This document shows positions 53,160-64,000 of a stretch of 64,000 nt of DNA, in pieces. The stretch spans positions 165,765 to 229,764 of the forward strand of contig NW_003314352.1 in the NCBI RefSeq assembly GCF_000143415.4. The letters run 5' to 3'. A model generated the notes under the pieces. It ran no database searches, had not been told where the DNA came from, and was given only the letters and a program-made list of their open reading frames with translations. This stretch comes from Selaginella moellendorffii. Lineage: Eukaryota; Plantae; Lycopodiophyta. The first letter of the stretch is position 1. Every line of letters begins with the position of its first letter. The position numbers and the translations under genes are program-made.

Positions 53160-56100
53160 TGTCAAGACCCCCAACAAGATCAAGACTGGAAAATGCTAAA
53201 GACAAAGAGAAAAAGCTAGTGAAAACAAAGAAGAGGCCTTAGACTGGTGTTGATTCAGATTGTGGAGAAATGGAACAAGGCTAACCTATATATACTATAG
53301 GTTGATGAAGCTCCACCACTCTTGGATCGAGGACAGCCTAAATACAGCTGAGGTCGAGGAGGCGCCACATCATCATCAGGAATGTGGCTCGAGACTCAGG
53401 AATCGGGAAGTGTCTCGAGAGTCAAGAATAGGGAAGTGTCTCGAGAGTCAGGAATAGAGAAGTGTCTCGAGAGTCAGGAATGTGGTCTGTAGGTCAGGAA
53501 TCCGGCGAGAGTCAGAAATGTGGCAAGAATTGGGGGATTCCTGACAGCACCCCCTCCTCAAGAACGAGTGGAACGAGGATGTGAACGAGAACGAAGAGGA
53601 GGATGAGATGAGCGGCGAGGGATGGGAGATGGAGAAAAAGAATGAGGACTGGGACGAGAAGGATAGCGGCGGTGGAAGTCCTGAACAAGGTCAGGAGAAT
53701 GAATCAGGTTGTCCGCAGGTTCCCAAGTGCGTTCCTCAGGTCCGTAACCCTTCCAGTCCACCAGATAGTAGAGTTTAGATCGTGAAATCTTGGAATCAAG
53801 GATGTCCTGAACCTCGTACTCAGACCCATCCTCGAGCTGCACTGGTGGAGGCGGAGGAATGACCCGATTTGGAATAGGACTGGGAATATAAGGCTCAAGG
53901 AGAGAGGAGTGAAAAACGGGGTGAATTTGATATGAGGAGGGAAGTGCAAGGCGATAAGTGACAGGATTAATGATGGCAGTGATAGGGAAAGGACCAAGGC
54001 GTTTGAAATCGAGTTTTGGACAGGGCCTGGTGGTGGAGATATTTCGCCTGAGGAGCCAGACTTTATCCCCGATATTGTAAGGGGGACAATTCTGACACTG
54101 GACATTGGCAAATGTTTTATGAGATTCCTGAGCACGATGGAGGTGGAAGGAGATGGAGTTGTGGATTTCCTGAAGGTTGGAGATAAATGATTCAGAGCGG
54201 GGATTTGAACGAGAGGATTCAGATGGAGAAGGAAGTGAGAGATTGAATTGGGGATTTCGGCCAGAGTTCGCAAAGAAGGGGGAAACTCGAAGAGAGGAGT
54301 GAACAGAGTTGTTATAGGAGAACTCAGCAAGGGGAAGGATATCGAACCAGTTATCCTGATGATAGTTGATGAAGCACCTCAAGAATTGTTCCAACGTCTG
54401 AATCGTTCGCTCGGACTGCCCATCAGTTTGAGGATGATATGCCGAAGAGAGGTTGGCCTTCACTCCAAGCAACTGCAAAAACCGTTGCCAGAAATGAGAG
54501 ATGAACTGAGGCCCCCGATCCGAAACCACATCTGTAGGAATCCCATGAAGTCGGAAAATTTCCCTGAATACCAGTTTTGCCATGTCCTCGCCCGAAAACT
54601 CCTTGGTACATGGCAAGAAGTGCGCCATCTTTGTGAAGCGATCCACCACGACTAAAATGCTGTTGAAGCCTCCAGAACTCGGAAGATCACTCAAGAAATC
54701 CATGGAGATGGATTCCCAAGGACCTGAAGGGACCGGAAGGGAACGAAGCAAACCTGAAGGAAGGTGGCGAGGTACCTTATTCCGGGCACAAGTGTCACAG
54801 GAGGTAACAAAAGCTTTGATGTAGTCGTCCATGTGAGGCCACCAAAAGTCCCGTGCAACTAGCTCATAGGTTTTCGCAATGCCGAAGTGACCAGCAGTCG
54901 GGCTATCGTGGCACGCCATCAGGATCAACCTTCGAGCATCACCTTCAGGAACGTAAAGCTGCTCCCCACGGTACAATAAGCCATCTAAGAACTCGAACTC
55001 GTCAAATTGCCGGCAGTCGGGAGTCACTGGGTGTCCAGCCTGAAGATGGGGAAAAATGTCACTGGCGAGATCATCGGATTGAAGATCATTTCTGATTGCA
55101 TCCATCAAGGAGGAGTCCTGAGGGGCCAGGGAAATTGCCATAACTTGAAGCCGATCAGGACCGAGGATAACTTGATCCTGTTGATCGAAGGCAGGATTAC
55201 CAGGCCTGAGACTGAGATAGGAGCGCCTTGAAAGAGCATCAGGAAGGCCTTGAAACTTTCCAGGTCTGTACTTGATAACAAAGTCAAACCAACTCAGGAA
55301 TTGTGCCCACCTTGCTTGACGACGGCTTAAAACTCGGGAAGTGGCAAAGTACTCGAGATTTTTGTGATCCGTCCAGACTGTTGTTTGATGGCTCGCCCCC
55401 TCCAAGAAACGGCGCCACTCTCCAAAGGAATCCACGATGGCAAGAAGCTCCTTGTCGTGGATTTCGTAATTGATCTCCGCAGGCTGGAATTTCCGAGAAT
55501 GGAAAGCGACCGGATGAAGTTCGTGATCCGCTCCGAGTTGAGATAGCACAGCACCAATGGCAAAGTCGGAGGCGTCAGCCTCGATGAAGAAAGGTTGTGA
55601 GGAATCAGCATGGATCAAGACAGGAGCAGAACTGAAGGCCGCCTTGAGTGTGTCGAAAGCCTGCTGGGCAGCAGCAGACCAAGAGAAGGGAACATCCTTG
55701 CGAGTGAGATGTGTGAGAGGAAGGACAATGTCAGAGTAGTGATCAATGAATTTGCGGTAGAAGTTGGCGAAGCCAAGGAAAACCTGAACGTCTGACATTG
55801 ATTGTGGAGGCTCCCATTCGAGAATAGTCTTGACTTTTGCAGGATCCATCGTGATACCCTCAGGAGTGACAATGTACCCAAGGAACTCCACAGACTGCTG
55901 ATCAAAGGAACATTTCTCAAGCTTCGCGTATAGGCCGTGTTCTCGCAGCTTCGCTAGCACCTTGCGAACATGTTCGTCATGCTCCTCCTGAGTTTTTGAG
56001 TAGATGAGGATGTCATCGAGGTAGACGATCACCATCTGATCAAGAAACTCCCGAAAAACGTCGTTCGCCATGTGTTGGAAAACCGCTGGAGCATTTGTCA

Positions 56101-57709
56101 AGCCAAATGGCATGACAGTGTACTCGAAGTGGCCATAGCGGGTTCGGAACGCAGTCTTCCATTCATCACCAGGCCGGATCCGGATCAGGTTGTATGCTCC
56201 ACGGAGGTCGATCTTGGTGAAGAAGCGGGCACCGCCGAGGCGTTCCAACAGGTCCGAGATCAGGGGCAGCGGATAACGGTTCTGAACAGTCACCTTGTTC
56301 AAACCTCGGTAGTCGATGACTAGCCGCAAGCTCCCATCCTTCTTCTTGACAAAGAAGACAGGCGCTCCAGCCGGGGACTGCGAATGCTGAATGTAGCCCG
56401 AGGCAAGGTTCTCATCCACGTACTCTTTGAGGGCCTTAAGCTCGGACGGGGATAACCCGTAGATAGGCCCCCACGGAGGTGACGCTCCTTCCTGTAAATC
56501 AATGGGACAATCATAAGGCCGATGAACAGGCAGTACACTAGCTTTTTTCTTGTCAAACACATCCCCAAAATCATGATACTTCTCAGGAAGACTGACAGGA
56601 GAAACATGCAAAGCAAAAAGAAAAAGAGGTTCTTCATGAAGGAGTTCTTTCATAGTGATTGTGGAGATAGGAGGAGGAGTACGACTAAATGGAATGATGA
56701 GACGAGGATACTGTCCAGTGTAAGATGGAAGAGAGAAAAAAGAAGAGGATGAAAACTGCGTAGAGTCAGGAACAGAACCCCGACTTGAGTTTAGGGAACT
56801 TTTCCTGATTCGGACTCGATGAACACCAGGGGAAGCCGTGGGAGATGGTGATGTGGGAGAGATGAGCTGTAAGTCCTTCCAACAAATCTGAGGCTGATGT
56901 AGTTGGAACCAAGGAAGATCGAGCACCACAGAGGAAGACTTGCTGTTGATGATGTTGAAGGCGATATCGGTGACGGTGGACCCGATGTGTACTCGAACGG
57001 GCAACGTTTCCCTAAGTCCAGAAGATGGAGACACAAAATGCCCGCCGATGCCTTCAACCCTCAGATCCCGTATGGTAGGAGAAAGAGGAACGTGATGTCA
57101 GGCAGCAAAGTCCGTGTCCATGAAGCAGGAAGTTGCACCCGAGTCCAGTAGCGCCAAAGCCTTGAGTCCTAATTGTCCGGTGAAAGAAAGGAGACATGGG
57201 ATGCGGAAGTTGCGGGAATTGGTGGTGGCTTTGATGAAAGGTGGTGAGGAGCTTGATAAGGAAGAAAAGTGATTTTTATTTGGGGAGTCCAAACAGACAG
57301 CTCCTACTCCTACTCCCCAAACTGTCAAGACCCCCAACAAGATCAAGACTGGAAAATGCTAAAGACAAAGAGAAAAAGCTAGTGAAAACAAAGAAGAGGC
57401 CTTAGACTGGTGTTGATTCAGATTGTGGAGAAATGGAACAAGGCTAACCTATATATACTATAGGTTGATGAAGCTCCACCACTCTTGGATCGAGGACAGC
57501 CTAAATACAGCTGAGGTCGAGGAGGCGCCACATCATCATCAGGAATGTGGCTCGAGACTCAGGAATCGGGAAGTGTCTCGAGAGTCAGGAATAGGGAAGT
57601 GTCTCGAGAGTCAGGAATAGAGAAGTGTCTCGAGAGTCAGGAATGTGGTCTGCAGGTCAGGAATCCGGCGAGAGTCAGGAATGTGGCAAGAATTGGGGGA
57701 TTCCTGACA
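53160..57709 (-). mobile_element. Element D: young Tcn1-like chromovirus of the same family as C. 387-bp LTRs 53160-53546 and 57323-57709; gag deleted
   Basis: TSD GTGTG (53155-53159, 57710-57714). About 3 LTR mismatches by eye. Confidence 0.95.
53558..57034 (-). CDS. pol: Pol polyprotein of D (RT, RNase H, integrase, chromodomain); protease LLDSGA just upstream, separated by one stop
   Basis: 1158-aa open frame with [43 protein letters not shown]...YLVDWKGY..TWEP. Confidence 0.92.
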   Translation of the reverse strand: MSPSSGLRETLPVRVHIGSTVTDIAFNIINSKSSSVVLDLPWFQLHQPQICWKDLQLISPTSPSPTASPGVHRVRIRKSSLNSSRGSVPDSTQFSSSSFFSLPSYTGQYPRLIIPFSRTPPPISTITMKELLHEEPLFLFALHVSPVSLPEKYHDFGDVFDKKKASVLPVHRPYDCPIDLQEGASPPWGPIYGLSPSELKALKEYVDENLASGYIQHSQSPAGAPVFFVKKKDGSLRLVIDYRGLNKVTVQNRYPLPLISDLLERLGGARFFTKIDLRGAYNLIRIRPGDEWKTAFRTRYGHFEYTVMPFGLTNAPAVFQHMANDVFREFLDQMVIVYLDDILIYSKTQEEHDEHVRKVLAKLREHGLYAKLEKCSFDQQSVEFLGYIVTPEGITMDPAKVKTILEWEPPQSMSDVQVFLGFANFYRKFIDHYSDIVLPLTHLTRKDVPFSWSAAAQQAFDTLKAAFSSAPVLIHADSSQPFFIEADASDFAIGAVLSQLGADHELHPVAFHSRKFQPAEINYEIHDKELLAIVDSFGEWRRFLEGASHQTTVWTDHKNLEYFATSRVLSRRQARWAQFLSWFDFVIKYRPGKFQGLPDALSRRSYLSLRPGNPAFDQQDQVILGPDRLQVMAISLAPQDSSLMDAIRNDLQSDDLASDIFPHLQAGHPVTPDCRQFDEFEFLDGLLYRGEQLYVPEGDARRLILMACHDSPTAGHFGIAKTYELVARDFWWPHMDDYIKAFVTSCDTCARNKVPRHLPSGLLRSLPVPSGPWESISMDFLSDLPSSGGFNSILVVVDRFTKMAHFLPCTKEFSGEDMAKLVFREIFRLHGIPTDVVSDRGPQFISHFWQRFLQLLGVKANLSSAYHPQTDGQSERTIQTLEQFLRCFINYHQDNWFDILPLAEFSYNNSVHSSLRVSPFFANSGRNPQFNLSLPSPSESSRSNPRSESFISNLQEIHNSISFHLHRAQESHKTFANVQCQNCPPYNIGDKVWLLRRNISTTRPCPKLDFKRLGPFPITAIINPVTYRLALPSSYQIHPVFHSSLLEPYIPSPIPNRVIPPPPPVQLEDGSEYEVQDILDSKISRSKLYYLVDWKGYGPEERTWEPADNLIHSPDLVQDFHRRYPSRPSPHSFSPSPIPRRSSHPPLRSRSHPRSTRS

Positions 57710-58659
57710 GTGTGATTCCCCTAGCCAACCAATAGAGTCGGATTTGGAACCTCTCTAATACCAAATGTAAGCTCTTGAATTTGGACTTTCTGGGAGGTCA
57801 CCTAGCCCAATACTATTCAAACCTAAGGACGCTTAACCCCAAATATCCCAAAATCCTTAACCGATTGGAAAAGGGGGTGCACTCTTATTCATGGGCCCTT
57901 TCCCTCTATATTTGAACCCCATGGATTATCTCTCAAGTCGTTCTCTTTGGTTACTTACAAACGAGCTTAATGCCTCCTTGATGTATATGGCTGTGGAAGA
58001 TGGACTAAGAGCTTGAGCAAGGCTCCCCAGAAAGGGTGATCACTAGTACAACTCATCCTTGGGACAAGGACTTTGTTAGGGGGCGAAGAATTGTTAGGCA
58101 CCAACTTTGACCACATGGTCAACATTGGTTAAAAGGAGGCTTAAGGGTATTTGAAGGCATGTTAGGGTAAGGTCTAAACCTACCTTAGGGCTCATATGGT
58201 TGGGTGGTGAGGAACCTCAAGAAGTGGTGTAGCATAGTATAATACGACTAGATCTCTATCATTTTACACTGGATCATAACAATAGTGGAAGATAAAATTA
58301 GGGTTGTTCATTTGTTATGATTGTTTTAATCTTGAGATTTCTTATTGGTGTGTTAATGGCATAATTAATATCTCTAGTTTTGCATTATTATGCTTTAATG
58401 TGCATAGTCGTGAATTTAAGTAAGTGTTATTGTTGAAAATGTGTTGTTGATTAGGGTTGGATGTTGCAGAAAGCTGGAGGGGGCACTGGAGATCTTTGAG
58501 GCCTTGCTAGCTTGAGACAATAACTTGGAACATCATGATCCAAGATCATTCTTCCTAGTAGGCTGTAATGGGATTCTTAGAAAATGCAGCAAGAAATGGC
58601 ATTGATCGGCCCAAGTAACTCTTCTCACCGTGCTTGAGTCAGGATCAGTCAGCGTGGAG

Positions 58660-61195
58660 CATACTTGCATCTGAACATTCGAACGCAACCAGATTCATAC
58701 GGGTATCGAACGTTTAATACCTATTTAGCTTTTTTTCGATTGGGTATAATGGTTTTCAGTTTTAATATAATTAAAAAATAATTTACTGTTACTAAACAAA
58801 GTTTAACATAATATAATATAGGTTTAATCTAATCTCCATCCTCTAAATCTAGAACATTATCACCACTAGCGCTGTTGTCATCAGGTTGTTGAAGAGGTTC
58901 TTCAATAACCTCCTGAAGTGCAAGGATCCTTTGCCACTGAGGCTCAAGCTCAAGGTTATCAAGATCATGCTTGATAAGCCTCAAACTCTTGAACTCGATC
59001 TTCTGTATGACACGCATATTTGTGTGCACAAAAACCAGCTTCTTCGAGTTTTTGGAGAGCAGTCGAGACCTCCTCTTCGTCTGGATCATGCTCCATGAGC
59101 TCCAGTTTCGCTCGTATGGTGAAGCACAAACTGGCTGACTCAAGATCCGTAAAGCAAGCCTTTGAAGTTCTAGTGTGCCTACACCAAAGTTGCTCCACCA
59201 ACTCACTGGGTGTTTCCAGTTCTCCATCTATACAAGAGAATCAATCTAAAAAGTTGTCAAACAAATAGTTTATATGCCAAGTTGTTGACGGAAACTCTGA
59301 AACTCATGCAGCAGCTTGTGTTGAAGTCCTCGATCTCCTTTGCAATACAACTCTAGGTACTCCACAAAATCTTCCTAAGCCTCCTGGTCGAGAGGGAGAT
59401 GAAGAAAAGCTGGGTTCAGAATAAAAGCAGCTCCATACAAGATCGAATGCATCTGGAACCAACGAGCTGCTTTCCGACGTCCCTTGCCATGATCCTCCAT
59501 CATGAACCTGTTGATCTCCTCAACCTCTTCCTCAGCTAAAATCCCAGTCTCAATAGCCTCTGAAAGCTTCTCATTCATCCGGTCCATAGCCTCGAAAATG
59601 AGACCGGAAGTTGCCCCCTCCCGGTCCGCAAGCTTCAAGACCTTGAGGAGCAGTCCAAGCAGCACCAACAAGTGCTGGCACTAGTCCAGAAAGAGTTCGG
59701 AGTCTCTTCTTATATCCGAGTTCAAATGTGCTGGGCTTTGGCGGTCTTCGTGACGTCCAATCACCGCCACTCAGAGCTCGCAACCATCTCCTTCAATGCC
59801 TCCAAGGTTGTCAGATTCAGGAGCTGAGACATCACTAGAAACATGTAAGCGAACCTTGTGCTAGCCAGCTTGATGAGATCCCGATTGCTCAGCTTCCGAA
59901 ACAAAGCCAAAACACGAGGTTTTTTGGTGATAAAAGTTACCACCTCATTGCAGCCTTTCACCAATGGTTTTACCCACAACAAGCTCCCGATGTCTTCGAA
60001 GAGAAGGTCTAAGACATGGCACACACACCGGCTGTGGAGAATGTGAGGATACTTAGCTGTCATGAGTTCTCCCATCTGCACACAGTTTGATGCATTATCA
60101 GTGATCACCTGAACAATGTTTTCTTCGCCAACTTCTTGAATCACTTTCTTTAGCTTGACCCAAATCCACTCTTCCGTCTTTGTCCTACCCTTGGAATCTA
60201 CAGACTTCAAGAAAACCGAACCCTGGATGTTGGAGGCCATGAAGTTGATCAAGGATTGGCTATGGTTGTCAGACCAACCATCAGTGACGATGCTAACTTC
60301 ATATCTTCTCCACCCCTCACGGATTGGATCAAGTTGAGCATTGACACTATCATAAAGCTTCTTCAACTGTGTACTCCGCAGCTTCTCATATCCCATCATC
60401 TGTGCAAGAGCTCTAGGGTTGAAGTCGATAGCAGCTTGAAGCAACTTCCTCAGATTTGGCCTCCGAATGGTGTTGAAAGGGATATTTTCAATGTAGAAAA
60501 ACTCGGCCATGGCATCATCCAGACATTTAACCTTTGCAGACTTCATCATCTTTCGAATGTCACCATTCAGCGCCGGTGCAGCACTTTGTTTAAGACTGCT
60601 GCTCCCGGAAAGTGGAACGCTGCCGCTACTCACCTCGCCCAGCCCTCCAGTAGCCCCACCGCTTGCCCAGCAGCTGGCATCGCCACTCACTTCACCGACC
60701 TCAGTCTCGTTAGCTAAGGCAAGTCTCTCTTGGGGACTTGCTGCAATCATGGAGCTCTTCATGAGCTCCACACGATTAAAAGATGCCCAAGCCTTGTTCA
60801 CCACCTCCAGTTGCACTTGTCCTCTACAAATCTCTACATTCCTTCCTTTCACACCCCCAAGGTGAGCGCGAACTCGTTTAGCCATGCCGGTGTAAATATT
60901 CGAGCAATACTTACACTTCCATAGACTCACGCTGTGGCTTGTCTCGGATGTCGGCCTTAGTTTCAGAACATGAGCCCAGCTCCAGCATGGCTGCCTTCCT
61001 CCCCCCATCCCGGACTTACTTCAGCGCTTCCAGATCCTGCGAACCCTGATTTTACAAATCCTAAGTAAAAGAAAGCATATTCTTTAGTGTTTTTAAAAAA
61101 TATTCTTGGTGTTTAAACACTGTTTTAAACACCGTATTATATGCGCATTTTAAACAGCGTTTTTTATTAATAGTACCCGTTCGAATGCAAGTATG
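58660..61195 (-). mobile_element. hAT DNA transposon with pseudogenised transposase (58829-61008)
   Basis: 11-bp TIR CATACTTGCAT, 8-bp TSD GCGTGGAG (58652-58659, 61196-61203). BED finger (CKYC..HL..C), DGWSD, TDNASN, CVCHVLDL, WWSNFG..ERNWS dimerisation domain. In-frame stops. Confidence 0.93.
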
Positions 61196-61587
61196 GCGTG
61201 GAGTGCCCAAAAGGGAAAGCAAATAAATCAGTCAGCATGGAGCACCCAAGTGGGAACATGAAGAAATCAGTCAGTGTGGAGATGCCAGGAACACAAACAA
61301 TTCAGTCAAATGATGAGTTATTTTGTTCCTTCCTCCACAAATCTTACTTTCTTTGTCTCTATGCTGTTCCTGATCATTTTGCAGATTGGATGCACTAGCC
61401 ACTTTCATTCGATTTGCATGGGTTCAGATGTAGTCCGACCTCCATACATACCCTTAGCTCGTAGCCATATTGAATAGGAGTGCATGGAACTACTAAGCTG
61501 GAAGAAGACAGAGAACAACGATGGAGCTAGAGCTGCTTCCAACACCGTGCAGTACTATTTTTCTAGGATTGTTGTCATTGAGGAACC

Positions 61588-63781
61588 ATGGGGAGCGGAT
61601 TTAAAGCACTAATGCATGAAAGAATTTTGGAAGACAAAGGGGGTAACAAGTATTTCCCATCCGACGGCCGCGAGCAGATCAAGTTTAGGGTTCGCCGGGT
61701 GCGAAGGGTGATGGAAGATGATGGGCTGGATGATCTCTTTAGACATCGACGCATAGGGGCGGCCACCATTTCCAGAATCCGAGATCTAGATCTGAAAGCA
61801 CAGGATTTGCTGGTTCTGTCACCTCAGTTTTTGGCAGAGCTGTGCCAAACTGTGGGAGCATCTGAAGGCGAGAGGTTCAAGATTTTTGCTGCCGTGGGTG
61901 CAGCTAAACATTCCGCAGTGACGGGAATCCGCGGATTTGGTAAGCAATCAAGCCCTTTGTTGGCTGATGGCTGATGTATTCTATGTTTCAGGTTCGCAAT
62001 CGGAAGGCTTGAACGCGCGTTTATACATTTCTGAAAGAAAAGATCTGTTGGAGAAGCTTGAGAGTCTTGTTCGCAAAGAACGAGCAGTCGTCGTGCGAGC
62101 CCCTCCTCAAAGTGGTAAAACGTCTCTTCTTCAGCTGCTAAAAGCCAGAACCGAATCGAAATTCGGCGACGTGTTCTACATCAGCCTTGCAGGCATCAGT
62201 GGCCACAGTTTCGAGTATATGTGGTATCAGCACTATCATGGTGAGTACTCTAAGAAAGTCTGTTTATTTTACTCTCTGTGACATGTCTATCATTATCTTG
62301 CAGATGTTTCAATGGAGAGGCTCAACAGCAGCAAGCCTACACTTCTACTTGTCGACGAAGGGCAGAGTGGGTTTCATGCTTCTGATCTAACTCTATGGGC
62401 CAAGATTAAATCAGCGCAAGCCGGTGGTATGCTGCATATTGTGCTCGTCTCCAGCTTTGGGGGTGATGAGGGTGATACGGACGAAGGCGAGCTGCCGGCA
62501 ACACCAGTTATATTTAAACCAAGTTGCGCTGTGACTATACGGTGAGGCTTAGAAATTATTCGCATGTAACTTATGTGATTCTCCTGAATGCAGGCCCCAG
62601 CATGGTTGTGGATCCTCGGGTCTTTATCTCCAGTTTTCAAATGCTGAATGCATGGAGTTATGGGAGAACTGGTGCAAATTCTGTGCATTTGTACCCAGCA
62701 ACAACGATATCCTCTACTACGTGATGGAGGTTGGAGATAGACAACCAGGGCTCATGACACACATGCTTGACTGGCTTGTGAGGGGAACGTTCAATGACAA
62801 AAATTGGGACGACTGTGAGGAGTTTGCGAAGAGCGAATTGCTTTCTGAACGCTTTATGGCTTCGCTATCTGAGATTCGAAGTATTTCCACGTAAGTAAGG
62901 CCCGCAGACTAGACGCCTGATGTGATTTGATGTGATTCGTGTCCAGGTTTCGTAATATGTATTGGCGACCGGAGTATGCGGGTATCCTCTCCAAATTACT
63001 GGGATCCAGTTCAGTAAGTGTCATTCTCATGTTTCCAATTTAACTATCCAATTTAACTTGCTATCTAAACCTGCAGGCTCTGGGTTTTGTGAAGAAAACA
63101 GAGCTGTCCTCGGAAGAGCTTCGTGCTGCAAATAAGCTTTCGAGAAGGGGTCAATTGGTGAGGACCAAAGCCATGAACTTTATGTTTCCTTCGCCTTTGC
63201 ACCGTCACTATTATGCATCTTTATGTGCCACTGCAACGTTAACGCTGCCCCAAGTTCAAACAATGGGCATCGAGAGCTTTCTGGTCCATGTGATTCAAAG
63301 GATGAGTGCCGGGCGTTTGGCTTGTTCTGAATCTCTTGCAACTGAAGATGGGACAATATACGAGCGACAATACCAGAATGAGTTCTATCGGTATGTATGC
63401 TATTTACCTTGTGTTGGCCTAACTGAAATGTTTTGTTACAGCACATACTGCACACTTCTTGATGTCCCAATGTCCCCGGATGTTGGTAGACTGTATGGTG
63501 TGGCAGGATACGTTGACTTTTATCTCGCAGATCTCAAATGGGCCTTTGAAATTGCTCGGGATGGTATCAAACTTGGGGAACACCTTGCACGGTTCGAATT
63601 GAGGGGCCGTTACCATGCATTGATCTCCAAGGGAGTGGTGAAGAAGTATGTGGTAGTGAGCATGGATGCAACTGGTGTTGTTTACAAAGATGAGGTAGGA
63701 TTGGTTCAGGTGATATTTGCTGATGGTTACAAGACTGCAACAATCTATCCCTCAGGCCAAGAAGTAGTTTTACAAGCTTAG
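61588..63781 (+). CDS. Crinkler(CR)-like P-loop NTPase + PD-(D/E)xK nuclease-fold protein. 7 exons: 61588-61939, 61992-62240, 62304-62541, 62594-62890, 62947-63013, 63077-63390, 63442-63781
   Basis: Walker A APPQSGKT, Walker B LLLVDEGQ, FPSPLH, ERQYQNEFYR, GYVDFYL..KWAFEIARDG..LGEHLARF. All six GT-AG introns preserve one open frame. Confidence 0.78.
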
Positions 63782-64000
63782 AACAGTGAATTTCTTAGCC
63801 CTTATCCAAGTATTTTCTTAATAAATTTAAATTGTTAGTTGTTGACTTTTTGGGCTGTGGATCTAGCCAGGGGGAGGGGGAAGATCCAGAAAGCAAATTC
63901 AATAGCAAGCACACTTTTTTTCCTTCCCTCTTTATTTCTTGTTTTTTTTTCTCATTTTTTCTCTTAAATACAGGTTTCAACTAGCTATTATGGTGGGATA

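Larger units (their letters stand above)
52741..57959 (-). mobile_element. Element F: TRIM. LTRs 52741-52897 and 57766-57959, about 0.3 kb non-coding interior, hosts D
   Basis: TG...CA short direct repeats, TSD AACGA (52736-52740, 57960-57964), degenerate Met PBS next to 57765. Confidence 0.85.
52227..58281 (+). mobile_element. Second 3' fragment of family E (integrase end, PPT, LTR 58092-58281), interrupted by F
   Basis: 52227-52740 resembles about 50815-51345, and 57965-58281 resembles about 51350-51672. Confidence 0.8.

Noticed and set aside
47475-58290. ATAGTGGAA flanking the first and last E-family LTRs as a possible TSD
   Set aside because: Not directly adjacent on the left (ACC intervenes) and not the expected 5-bp form.

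Overview
Eukaryotic land-plant nuclear DNA, most likely a lycophyte such as Selaginella. This is an inference from GC-rich compact genes, 43-60 nt introns, a plastid MurB, a PLS-type PPR gene and Tcn1-like chromoviruses. Bases 1-22.2 kb are a very dense gene block: RING E3 ligase, SUN, MurB, NOC1/CEBPZ, PPR, PrxIIE, 6-phosphogluconolactonase, NPH3/NRL, SAUR and a nuclear MatR-like group II intron maturase. Bases 24.7-61.2 kb are a transposon island that target-site duplications (TSDs) resolve into nested sets. Set 1 is a Copia relic > chromovirus A (TSD GAGAA) > non-autonomous element B (ACAAG) > Tcn1-like C (GATAG). Set 2 is a Ty3 E 3' copy > TRIM F (AACGA) > gag-less Tcn1-like D (GTGTG). A hAT element (8-bp TSD) follows. 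The window ends with an intact 7-exon Crinkler-like NTPase plus restriction-endonuclease-fold gene. The most unusual signal is two canonical-looking spliceosomal introns inside the integrase of LTR retrotransposon A. Element C also shows a self-priming PBS and a -1 frameshift pseudoknot. Three N gaps (10190-10499, 12626-13031, 45010-45109) limit some calls.
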